Part shown: one piece after another, positions 38,401 to 49,370 of the stretch
How positions within the stretch are numbered: position 1 is the first letter of the stretch
How the letters are laid out: each line of letters starts with the position of its first letter
Source: Sminthopsis crassicaudata
Taxonomy: Eukaryota
NCBI RefSeq assembly: GCF_048593235.1
Contig: NC_133621.1
Location: 187,943,238 to 188,007,237, forward strand
DNA length: 64,000 nt
Direction of reading: 5' to 3'
Position numbers and translations under genes: made by a program
Notes under the pieces: generated by a model
The model's database searches: none
What the model was told of the DNA's origin: nothing
Seen by the model: the letters and a program-made list of their open reading frames with translations, nothing else

Positions 38401-41400
38401 GAGGTCACTGACCAACCCTACGAATACAGTAAATACCGAGTGGATAATGGAGCAGAAAGTGGGGCAGCCAGTGTTCCTGGTGGTTCCAAGGGAAAATGAG
38501 GTTGAGGAGCAGGAGCCATGTGCAAACTTGGCAACAAGGGCAACTGATGAGAAAGCTTTTAGAGGTAAGGAGGCAGAAAGAAAAAAACAACAACAGAAAA
38601 GGAACCTGGAGACATGTAGCCCAGAGGCGACCTTGGGTCAAGGTCAGGATCTTTGGTGTTTCGTGGCATTGGGCCAGAAGGTAAAAGCCAGTGAGTCTTG
38701 ATACTAGAGTATAATGGGGACAGTCCAGAGATCCAGTGGTTGAGGGCTGAGGAGTACAAAAACCTTCCAGTGAAGGACACAGCCCTGGCAATGCCAACAG
38801 GGCAGCAGAAACCAAAAGAGTTGGTGCAAAAGCAGCTGAAATGACTTCTGGGAGGTGGGAATTGTGTACATGAGATCCTGGTGGCAGATTAAATATAATA
38901 AAACAGATTAATGTGAAATAGTAAAAGAAAGCTAGAAAAAATATGCTAAATAATATATAAGGGAGAGAACTCTTTCAGCTGGGACATGTGGTAGGAAATC
39001 AGGAAAGGCCGGCATGTGAGCTGAGCCTATAAAGGGAAGGACTTTTGAAAGTTAGAAAGAGGTGTACATTCAAGCTATGGGGGAAGGGCTGCAGGAAGGC
39101 CAAGGCACTTTCTAAGTTTGGGTTTGCAAGAAATCTGTCCAATTTGTCAGACACACAGGATGTATAAAAGGAATAATGAAAAATGAAACTGTGATGTTAA
39201 ACTAGAGGTAGACTGCTGTGGGCCTTTTATAGCAAATTTTAAGGAGCTGGTGTTTTATCTAGGAGAAGCAAGGTGATGTGGTCATAGCTAAATTTTAGGA
39301 AGATTACTTGGTTAGCTGTGTAAAGGAAGACACTGGAAGAATGTCTCAACAGATCGTGCTGTATTAGCGTGATTAATTACTGTTCCATATAAGAAATGAT
39401 GAATATGAAGACTATAACTGATGAGGAACTAAAAAAGCAGAACCCCAAACCTAAGATACAGGATAATTACAATAACGTAAGTGAAGGTAGCAGTAAAAAA
39501 CCCCTCTCCAAACCGAATTCAAGTCAAATACAATGATGACTGTTGGTTGATCAGATGACTGATGTTGGAACATCCACCTTTCAGAAGATAGGTGAAAGAA
39601 CATTAAAGTAGAACATCAGAGAAAGGACCATAGTAGTGGTAGTTTTTGCTTAACTGTAGTTTTTGTTATGGTGGGAATAATTACTGGAAAACTAACTATA
39701 TAAACATTCTTAAAAATTAATAATTAAAAAAAAGATTTACAAAGAGGAGAGACTAACATCTGGCAGCTATAGAAGTATAGACTAATGATAACCTGAAACA
39801 GGGTGGAGAAAGCAGATATTAGAAACATTTATTTGTACTGGATTCAGTCATCAAGAGTTAATTACTTCTAGTAGCATTCAGTTCAGAGAAGGCAGGGTGG
39901 ATAGGGTGGCAATTTAGGATGATTAGCAGAGTTTGAATAGCAGAAAGACAGGCGGGAGCAAGGGTGTAGGTTAATATTGTATTAAACTGATCAGCTCTAT
40001 GGTCCAGATTTTTAAGAAAAAAAAGAATGGGAAATTAAATTAGGCTAGGAAAATAGTGAAAAAGTCAGGGTGAAGACTAAGAGGTTTAGGAAAGGATTAC
40101 AAACAGGAGGCATGGGAAACTGGGAATTTGAAATTTTTGTAGAAAAATGTAAGAAGTTAAGAATTTGAAAATATATTCCTTTTGTTTTTGGTTGAAGTAG
40201 GGAGACAGAGATCATGTGCTATAGAAGTTGAGGAAATGGAAGGATTTTTGAGGGCTCATCAACTCTACTATCAAGGACACTAAGATCGAGTGTCAGTGGT
40301 TGGGATGTAGAGTGAGCCAAGTACAGCATGGATTTGTTTCCTACGGAGTCTAACATGATTGTAGTCCAAAGAAAACTGCAAGTTGTAGCTGGGCACAAGA
40401 GGATTTCCTTTAAAGGTCATTAATTTGTGTGATGTGAATTCAGTAAGCTCTAATTGCAATTTCAGATGCTATCTACTAAATCACAGCTCCAGGCCAAGAA
40501 GAGTACTAGAGGAAAGCTAAAGTGTTAAACTAGGTGACATTCTGGCCAGAGCTCGGAATAGAAACTGGGAGGTCTCCACAGGTTAGTTCCATAATAACAT
40601 TTGAAAGAGGTAAAGGGGGATATTCTAGAAAGCATTTATTTTTAGATACCCCCCAACTAAGAGTCCATACCAAAAATCTAGTCTGGATGAATTAATTTTA
40701 ATCTTTTTTTGGAGCACTGGCCCTACTTCCAAAGTGTTTTTTATAAAAAGAATGTCTATGTGACTGTGTATATAAAAATTTGAACTTGGATTCAAGACAT
40801 GTTAGCATAAATCTGACTGCCTTAGATATTTATTAGTTATGTAATCATAGGAAAGTAAATCACTCAGATGCTTAAATTTTCTTATTTGTAAAATGGCTAT
40901 AAAAATAGTTGTACTATATACCTCATTGGGGGTATAGGAGGGAAAGTGCTCTGCAAACTTTATTACCTTACTTATAAATTCTAGAAATGAGAATTGTTTT
41001 TATTTCTACTGTACAGATGCATCAAATACAATAAGAAGAGAACTGGCCTCAGAGTCCAGAGGACCTTTGTTCAAGTCCAGCTTCTGCTATGAAATGACGG
41101 GAATTAACTCTCCATGCTTACTCCAACCTTACTTTCTGCACTAGGAGAAGGATATTCCTTAATGGGAGCTCCCTACTAAAATGAAACCACAGGTCTTAAT
41201 CCTGCCTTACCCTTTTTTCGACCTCTCCAGAAAAGGCATTTTGAAGGTCTGTATAAGTTTTATTAGGACATATTACATAGATAAGGAAATGGAGGTTCAA
41301 AGACTTTAAAGGACAGTAAGTTGAACAGCTCAAAGATCAGACTCCAAGTCCCAAGTTCATTCCCCCACCCCACTGCATCTTACCACTCATGATAAATTAA

Positions 41401-44400
41401 TTCCTGGAGAACTGTGAATCCTGAGATAAATAGGGTCATTCTATACCAATGGTTCTCAAACTTTTTGGTTTCAGGACTCCTTTACATTCTCAGAAATGAT
41501 TGAGGGCACATATACAACAAAGCTTTTGTTTTTGTGGTTATATGTATTGATACTTGCTGTAGAAATGAAGACATCTTAGTATTATGAAAAGTTCTGAGCT
41601 CACAGATTCCCTGAAAAGTTTTCAGGGATTTCTAGGGGATTCTGGACAACAAATAAATACTTCAAGGACTGCTGCTTTTCAAAATCAAATTTGGAATTCT
41701 GGTCTATACCAGGAAGGCACTAAGTAACAGGATACACAGGTTCTTTTCCCTCCTTTCCTACTACCAACTATTATACTTACTACTAATATTCTTCACCCTC
41801 AAGGATATCCAAGTCTCTTAGAACTGTACAAATATACAAAAATACAAGGGCTGCCACATCAACACCCTCCCCCCAGGATTGCCCACCACTAGACTTCCCA
41901 TTGGACCATTTGTTTGGAATTAGTCTATATTGTCTTCTTGTACCTCTTGAAGTAGCTCTCCCTGCCTTCACAGAAGTATCAGTTAACTGTTAGGAAAGTC
42001 AAAATAATTCTAAAATAGTCTATACAGTAAAATATGACTAACTGGTAGGCCTAAGAGGTACTCTGGATTTAAATTAATCTCTACATGGTAGGTGGCATCA
42101 GTCTCCCTTTCTGACTGGAGGTGGTGGAAAAGGATACAAAAAGCTATACATGGATTTTACATGTATATGTAAAATGGATTTCCATTTTTTTCCTTTGATA
42201 TATATGAAATAAAGCAAAAAAATTTAGCACCATACTTCCAACTTAACAGTTTACTAATTGCTAATCTACACAATGGAATCAAATAAACAGTACTTCCTAA
42301 TGCCTAGGAGAAAGGAAGGGCATCATCACTTGGATCTGTGACCTTTCTCATGTGCATAGTATCTGTCTTTATATGCTTTTTTCCCCACAAGGAGCTATGT
42401 TTCTGCACTATAATTTTAATTGTATTACAAAATGGCTACTTGTTTATACAAAACAGTTTTATGTGGTATGAGTCTAAAGTATTACCTTACCTGGGCCTAA
42501 AACTTGGAACACTGTTGTGTAAACCATGCTGAATAATACTTCCATGATAACTGAGAATGAAAGGACAGGAAAAAAGTGATATAACTGCAAAGATAAGAAC
42601 TGGCCCACCAGAATTACTGGTGATGACTTGAAACAGAGTTCAAAGTGACAGGAAAAAATCCATAGGGAAAACTGGATGTCATACTAAAGGATGATACTAA
42701 TTTTTAATCAAGGTCACTTGAAAATGAATTTATTCAAGATCTCTACTTTAGATTTTGAAAATTTTGCTTTGCTGCTATTATTCATCAGTAATATACTATT
42801 TCTTATTAGATCAGGTCCAAACTCCTCAAGCTGGCATTAAAAGCCTTCTACCATCTGGCTGTACCTTATCAAGCCTTCTTTCCAATGAAACTCTTTACAC
42901 CCACTCACCAACCCAACCCAAGACTTCATTCATTCAGTAGTGAGCCCTCTCCCTATTCTTCTCAACCAAATAAAACCTTACCTATTCTTCAAGCCCAGTT
43001 TAAGTTCTACCTTTTAAAGTAGTTAATCCAATCCTTACCTCTCCCCTCTGAATTTCTCTAGCAGATACACTATACAATTTAGCATTTAATTACATATTGC
43101 TTTATTTTTCTCTAGTTTCATGCACATAAACCTTCTCCCACTAAATAGATTCTAAGCTTGTCAGTACAGAAACAATTTCATTTTGTGCTCTTCTCAGCCT
43201 CTAGTATAGTCTTCCACCAAAAGTGCTACTCTGACAACTCTCTGGTTGGGGCATGTCAGTTCTTCAAAAAAGATGTCAGCAAAGACCAAGCTGTGACTGT
43301 TTCTTACAAGCTAGAAAGGCTACTGATCTAGCAACTGAGGCCCAGCCCTAGCCAAGTTGTATTTCCAAAGGACTGACCACTGGCTAAGGCAATTCAACGG
43401 CTACCTACTATCTGCTTCTAAGAGCATCTACATAGTTTAAAGAGCACAGATCTTTTAAAAGTGTGTACTGAGAGGCAGCTAGATGGCAGAGTGGATTGGG
43501 CCCAAAGTCAGGAAGCCTGTGTTCAAATCCAGCCTCAGACACTTACTTCCTGAATGGCCAAAAGGCAAGTCACTTTTTCCCTCTCTGGCCACTGGATCAG
43601 AAACCAGCAAACTACTCTCATAACTCTGCCAAGAAGCCCCACGGACAGTATTGTGAATTATGGTGCACAGAATTACGAAGAGATGACACTGATCACATCT
43701 GGCATATAGGAGGGCATTCTCCATGCTGCTTAGAGTCAAGAATGCTCACAAATAGCATAGTACAATAAATAGTGCTGGCCCTGGTCAAAGGACCTGAGTT
43801 TGAATTAATCAAGCAAATCATTAACCAGCCACTCTGGGTCTCATTTTTATCCTGATTTTATATGAAGGACTTAGATTAGACGACCTTTAAGGTTTGGTTT
43901 CACCTTTCTACCCTACACTAATATAGAATGTAAAAATGTTCTTTAGCAAACAGTCTCAACTACTCCAACAAAATGCTTAAGGATCTGAGACAAGCATGAA
44001 GAATGTTCTGTATACTGTAGAAGGAGCTGATGTTCTTGGTAAAAGAAGGCAATTATAACAGATTGTGAGTGCATGAATACACCATGTGGACAACCAGCAT
44101 AACTATCCACATCTTTAAAGGGAACATCAGTTCATTCCCCTCAAAACCAGCAGCAAGTTCTATGCTGTGAGGTGGAAGGGATATGTAAAATTAGACACAG
44201 TATAAAAATAACGGACACTCTGCCAGGCTTATTTCATGTGACACTTGCATGTACTCCACACACAAGTCTAACTGGTCTGACACTAGCTGTTCCGAGATGC
44301 TATCTTCTGTCCCCAGGCTTCCTCTGGCGGGGCACCCTTTGCTTATGAGCAATGAGAATCCTGGATTCCTTCAAGGTCCAAGTCCCGCTTGATGCCCCGG

Positions 44401-45418
44401 ATGTTTTGACTACTTCAGTAGTCGGGGCTCTCCAGTCACAGAGAGTTTACTTATCGCATTACATATTGCATTCCTCCGGCTGCAGGGGGCAAGGGCTTGT
44501 ACCTTTCCAGATCCTGCAGCTAGCAATTCAACAGACAGTCTAAAGCTTCTCCTAAGTGCCAATAGGTGGGGACACAAAGAGGGTAAAGACTAATCCCTGC
44601 CCTCAAGGAGCTTACAGTCTGGAGATCACATGCAAACATCCATCACAAAGCAGGCCAGGAGGGAGAGCACTGAAGAGATCTAGAAGGCTTCCTGGAAGAG
44701 GTGGGATTTCAGTTGGGACGTAAGCCAGGGAGGCCGTGCCTTGCAGACTGAGGAGCCCCCATCGGCTGAATGGGGTTCAACAGGGAGATGACCTGAGAGG
44801 CCGGAGAGACATCAGGGGACATTGCACCCAAACCAGTGGCAAGGATGGGGCAGCGCGTAGGGTCTGCACAGGCTCGTAGAGAGGCACTGCCCCGGACAGG
44901 GTTAAGGCGAGGGGTTGAGGTTCAGCCTCTGCAAGGACCGTGTGAGTGAGGATGGGGCACGGAGGCAGGGGTGGGAGAGGGCAGAAGGAGCGCACCCGGA
45001 GGAAGGGAAGGAGAAGGGAGAGTGCAAAGGTCAAGGGGCACCGGTTCTCAGCCAATCTATTAGAGTGGGGGGGCATTTGAGGGGTGGGGGAAGATTCGTG
45101 TCCCGGAAATGGCTGGTGTGACTTTGGGGGAGGGAGGGGAGGGCAGGGGTGGGAGTGGGGAGTAGGGAGGATGCCCCGGAGGAAGGACAGAGAGGGCGAG
45201 GGCGGGGGAAGGTGTGTCCCCCTACATCGGGGCACCTCAGCCGGAGGAGGGAGAGACCCCTTACCTAAGAAGATGGAGATGATGAGCCGCAACGCCTGCT
45301 CTGAGGCACCAAGGTACGCCGACAACTTCCCAAGCCACTGTGCCTCGACCCCGGCACGCAGGACCCCGACCACTAGCTGGGCTGTCGTCTCTACGTCCTG
45401 ATCAGCTGCCGTCGCCAT
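17479..45418 (-). CDS. LPCAT3: Lysophosphatidylcholine acyltransferase 3 (MBOAT5), 488 aa, 12 coding exons
   Basis: Exons (-): 45265-45418, 22819-22926, 21286-21392, 20776-20869, 20540-20577, 19940-20118, 19360-19468, 18715-18801, 18453-18619, 17947-18094, 17706-17864, 17479-17595. Sum 1467 nt. MBOAT motifs SFNINTNAW and LALWHGLHSGY, C-terminal KKxx-type KLKKAE*. All GT-AG. Confidence 0.97.
23395..23522 (-). mobile_element. WSINE1-type tRNA-derived CORE-SINE
   Basis: Reverse complement of gggcagctagttggtatagtggatagaataccagctctaaagtcaggaggacc...cttaacacttcctacctatgtgaccctgggcaa. Confidence 0.75.
26251..26893 (+). mobile_element. Putative solo LTR inserted into an L2 fragment (LPCAT3 intron 1)
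   Basis: Inverted termini TGATG...CATCA, TATA-like ctataaaa at about 26532, AATAAA at 26680-26685. It interrupts an L2 tail. The TSD is not clean. Confidence 0.6.
28735..28845 (-). mobile_element. WSINE1-type SINE fragment
   Basis: tgaggcaattgaggttaagtgatttgc...gaggccaaatttgaactcagatcctcctgacttcagggctgg. Confidence 0.7.
30213..30864 (+). mobile_element. 5'-truncated L1 (ORF2 end plus 3'UTR) with 11-bp TSD
   Basis: L1 3' sequence with AATAAA and A-tail. TSD aaagaattcta at 30202-30212 and 30865-30875. Confidence 0.85.
30882..31143 (-). mobile_element. 5'-truncated L1 3' tail with 13-bp TSD
   Basis: Reverse-complement L1 terminus (catatgcatgggtaattttt...cccctagatgacaggcaatccc). Direct repeat aattctacacatt at 30869-30881 and 31144-31156. 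Confidence 0.75.
31461..31618 (+). mobile_element. Young WSINE1-type SINE with 13-bp TSD
   Basis: ggggcagcccggtggtgcagtggatagagcacc...gagttcaaat...cctgggcaagtcacttaacccc plus A-tail. Intact A/B boxes. TSD ttaagttaatgag at 31448-31460 and 31619-31631. Confidence 0.9.
31755..31945 (+). mobile_element. Ancient L3/CR1 reverse-transcriptase fragment
   Basis: Degenerate match to GVPQGSVLGPVLFNIFINDL...FADDT (gtggagtgccatagggatctgttcttag...ttttataaatgatctg). Confidence 0.6.
32655..32880 (+). mobile_element. MIR-type CORE-SINE
   Basis: ggcagcatggcatagg...gcaagtcacttaatctct...ttcttatctgtaa CORE motif. Confidence 0.6.
33270..34235 (+). mobile_element. L1 fragment (ORF2 C-terminus plus 3'UTR)
   Basis: aaatgttggaggaaatgtgggaaaacggggatactaatacattgttgg..., then the L1 3'UTR ending in gttgaaaattattttt and an A-rich tail. 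Confidence 0.85.
41447..41672 (+). mobile_element. hAT-Charlie (MER33-like) non-autonomous DNA transposon
   Basis: Starts caatggttctcaaactttttggtttcaggactcctttaca, a Charlie-type TIR and MER33-like 5' end (from memory). Confidence 0.6.
43472..43705 (+). mobile_element. CORE-SINE with RTE-derived tail (Mar1/WALLSI-like)
   Basis: ggcagctagatggcagagtggat...ttcaaatccagcctcagacactt head and ctgccaagaagccccacggacag tail. Confidence 0.6.
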
Positions 45419-46420
45419 CTTAACTCCGGGCGCCCCCGTGGGACGCCCCCCACCCCACTTCGCGCGCCACGCTTGTGGGCAAAGCGCAACAGCTTCACCT
45501 CAACTCCAGCCTGAAGCCCGCCCACGGCGTGGACATTGGTTGTCAGCCCGCCCAGTCGGAAGACGTGCGGATTCTTATTGGGTTGTGAGACGGTGGGGGC
45601 GGGGCTTGATGAAGCTCGGAGGGAAAAAGGCGGCGTTTGGCGTTTGTAAGGCAAAGGTGACTCCAACCAGACTGTCTACGCGGTAGGCTAGAGGGGTGGG
45701 GGTGGGGCTTAGAAGGGGGAACTAGAATTTCCATTGGAGGATTCCCAAACCGGCTGAGAAATGATTTTACGATTCTGTTCTAACTGGTTCGAGGAGGAGT
45801 CTTAAGGAAAGGGCGGGACAGGCCGGCCCGTTCTCTGTTCTCCAATTGGCTGAGATCCGAGCAGGCGAGAGTCGGGAAGGGAGGGGTCACTGATTCTTGA
45901 GAAAGAAGGTTACTCTGGGTCGCTTGAGTGAGGGGGTTACTGGGGCACATGGACGGAGAGGCTTGTGGCTGTGTCGCGTGCGCCGCCTAATGGGCATCTC
46001 GTGCGTCACTCTCCTTTGGAACGTCCCCCCAGAAAAAAGAGCGCCCCCCGAAATGATCTTGTATTTGGAAATGCCCACCCCCACCCCCCAGCCTCGTGGC
46101 TGGCCTCCAAAGCTGCAGAGAGCCGGCGGGGCGCAGGCTCGGGGCTCGGGTCAGTAACACTTGTCTCCAGGCTTGCCGCGCGGGGGACCCTGTGCCGGGG
46201 CTGCGGGCGCCGACACAGACACGCCGGCTCCTCTGCACTAACTACCGGCTGACAGGAGCAGCGAGGCAGCCGCGGGGAGCGTCTCCGCGACTGCTGCCTT
46301 TCATTACGGAAGAGCCCCGAGTCCTGGGGGGATTTTAAGTGGGGGAGGGCCGTACAAAGCCACCAGCATCACTCCCCTCCCCGGAAACCGTCGGGGTTCT
46401 TGGGCCATCTGTAGAGATGG
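45150..46420. promoter_or_regulatory. LPCAT3 CpG-island promoter
   Basis: CpG-dense. CCAAT boxes on - at about 45535 and 45577, GC box at about 45596, DR1-like AAGGCAaAGGTGA at 45648-45660, DR4-like elements at 45907-45922 and 45934-45949. Confidence 0.8.
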
Positions 46421-46749
46421 CCCTCTCTTTGGGGGTCTTAATCTCTGCGATTATGCTGGAGATGGATTTGTAGGAAACCAGGAAAGCTGGGGGGTGCAGA
46501 TGACGATGGAGAGTTACATGTCTGGGGGGTACAGCAAAAATGCCAGGAAGGTGGGAGATTGAGGGTCCTATTCAAGCAACAACCAGGAGTTCGGTGTTAC
46601 TGAATTAAAGAATATATTTTTTATATTGAGGGGGAGGGAATGTTAGAAACAGGCAAATCAATCAGTCCCTGGGCCTCAGCTCATTTGTAAAAGGGACCTG
46701 TAATTCTTGCCGCCCCCCTGCCCCTTCTGATACTTGGGAAACCCTAAGG

Positions 46750-46897
46750 CAGTGGTCCTCAAACTTTTAAATAGGGGCCAGTTCTCTGTCCCTCAGACTG
46801 GGGAGGGCCGCACTGGAGTAAAAACAAAACGTCACACTCGGTCTCCGCCCCTCAGCCCATTTGCCGTAGCCTGGCGGGTGCAGTTTAAGAACCCCTG
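46750..46897 (+). mobile_element. hAT MITE resembling OC1/OposCharlie1 non-autonomous elements
   Basis: TIRs CAGTGGTCCTCAAACT and (reverse complement) CAGGGGTTCTTAAACT. Degenerate 8-bp flanks ccctaagg / ctctaggc resemble the Charlie CTCTAGAG-type target. Confidence 0.75.
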
Positions 46898-47034
46898 CTC
46901 TAGGCCAGGAACCATTCCTAAATTATATTGGAAGGTTTTCCGTAGTATTCCACTACAGAGCAAGAGAGAACAAAACCGATTTTCCTCCTTGAAATTAAGC
47001 AGCCCCAGAGCTTTGCATTGACCAATAGATAATA

Positions 47035-48345
47035 CCCCATACCAAGATAAAGTCGAAATGGGCTCATGATTTAGACATAAACGGTGATACTTTAAACAAA
47101 TTAGAACAAGGGATAGTCTACCTCAGATCTGTAGAAAAGAGGAATTTGTGGCCAAAGAAGAACTGGAGAACGTTATAAAATGCAAAATGGATCATTTTGA
47201 TTACATTAAATTAAAAAGGTTTTATAAAAACAAAACTAGTGCATCCAAGATTGGAAGGAAAGCAAAAAGCTGGGAAACAATTTTTACATTCTTTTTGATA
47301 AAGGCCTCGTTTCTAAAATATAGAACTGACTCAAATTTGTAAGAACACAAGCCATTCCCCAGTTGATAAATGGTCAAAGGATATGAACAGACAATTCTCA
47401 GATGATGAAATTAAAGCCATCTATAATCATGAAAAAATGCTCTAAAATCATTATTGATTAGAGAAATGCAAAAAACTCTGACATACCACTTCACATCTCA
47501 GATTGTCTTAAGATGACAAGAAAATATAATGATAAATGTTTAAAGGAATGTGGGAAAAACAGGACAGTAATTTTTTGTTGGTAGTTTTGAACTGATACTA
47601 TTTGAAACTGTGCTCAAAGGGCTTATAAAACTGCATACCCTTTGATCCTGCAGTTTCTCAATTGGGCTTGTATCCCAAAGAGATCTTAAAAGAGGGAAGG
47701 AGACTCACATGTGCAAAAATGTGGCAGCCCTCTGTAGTGGCAAGAAACTGGAAGTTGAATGGATACCGTCAATTGGAGAATGGTTGGGTAAATTATGGTA
47801 TATGAATGTTATGGAATGTTATTGTTCCGTAACAAACAACAAGCAAGCTTATTTAAGAAAAGCTGGAAAGACACTTGCATGATGCTAGGTGAAGTGAGTA
47901 GAACCAAGAGAATATTGTACTTAGCCACAAGATTATGTGATGATTAATTGTGTTGGACTCTTCAACAATGAGGTGTTTCAAAGCAATTCCAATAGATTTG
48001 TGATCAAAAGAGGCATCCTCATTCAAAGAACAATAGAGCCTGAATATGGATGAAAGCATAGTATTTTCATTTTTTTTTTTTGTTGTTTGGTTGGGGTTTT
48101 TTTCTTTCTCATGTTTTCTTTTTTCCTTTTTAAGCTGATTTTTCTTGAGCCGCATGACAAATATGGAAATATGTTTAGAAGAATTGCACATGTTTTAACA
48201 TATAGGATTCCTTGCTTTTTAGAGAAGAAGGAAAAGAGGAAGAAAAATTTGGAACACAAAGTTTTGCAAAGGTGAATGTTGAAAACTATCTTTGCATGTA
48301 TTTGGAAAAATAAAAGGCTATTATAGAAAATAAACCAAAAAAAAA
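47035..48345 (+). mobile_element. 5'-truncated L1 (ORF2 C-terminus plus 3'UTR and A-tail)
   Basis: Degenerate ORF2 (MDHFDYIKLKRFYKNKT), L1 3'UTR and A-tail at about 48330-48350. Confidence 0.88.
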
Positions 48346-48719
48346 AAAAAGAAAGAAAGTAGGCTAACCTTAGAATGAATCTCAACTCTTTATGATTTCA
48401 GAGGAGGAGGAGTGACTTATCTGGGATCCAAGCTCCCTGGGCCTTGTGGGATGTTATGTATTGGTGTAATTCAGTGCAACCAGGGTTCATTGTGTTCATT
48501 ATGATTTATATAAGTGCTTATGGTATATATTTTTTCTTTTGACAGTTTTAATGAGAATTATCTGTAGAATCACCTCAACTCTTTATTTTGCTTTACTTAC
48601 ATAATAAGAAAAATCTATATTTTACCCTAGTTCACCTAAAATGAGATTTTCAAACTTTCAAGTAGAAATGTGAGCTATTTTTTGTCCAATAAATTTTAGA
48701 ATTTTTAAAAAATTTTTTG

Positions 48720-49370
48720 AATTATCTTTATCTACTGTTCCCCTATCTGGGCCCACTGAGAAGCAAGAAAGACAAAACACATAAATATGCGGAATCATGA
48801 AAAACAAATTTCTGCATCCACAGTGTCAAAAAAGAAAGAAAGAAAATATTCTTTAGTTTGTCAGCTCTATATCTGGAGGTGGATAACCATTCATGATGAG
48901 TTCTTTGGAATTGTAGTTGGTTGATATTGATCAGAACATTTTCAAAGCCCATATTCTTTATAATATTATTGTTATAATAAAAATTGTTCTCCTGGTTCAG
49001 CACACTCCATTTTGCTTCAGTTCATATAAGTCTTCCCAGGTTCCTTTGAAACTGTCCCCCTGCACATTTATTTATTATGGCATAAATATTATAAACTTCA
49101 ATTTGTTTAGTCATTCTCCAATTAATAGGCATCCCTTCAGTATCCAATTCTTTGCTACTACAAAAAAGATGTAAATATTTTTGTACATAAAGGTTTTCTT
49201 TTTCTCTCTTTGATGTTTCCAGGGTTTAGACCTAGCAATGATATTGCTGAGTCACAGGCTATGTAAAGTTTTAAAGCTCTTAGGCATAGCTCCAAATTGC
49301 TTTCCAGAATGGTTGAACCAACAGTGACTTGTGTACAGTGTACCTATTTTTCCACAGCTCCTCCAGCATT
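48720..49370 (-). mobile_element. Older L1 3' fragment
   Basis: Reverse-complement L1 ORF2-end motifs (ccattctccaatt...caattctttgctactacaaaa; ccaaattgctttccagaatggttg). Confidence 0.7.

Noticed and set aside
39395-39570. ATGATGA/CTGA pairs suggesting intronic snoRNAs
   Set aside because: Spacing is too short, there is no terminal stem or guide complementarity, and the motifs are common in AT-rich DNA.
44777-45418. 213-aa ORF as a stand-alone protein
   Set aside because: It is LPCAT3 exon 1 reading through the GTAAGG donor at 45264 into a C-rich intron.
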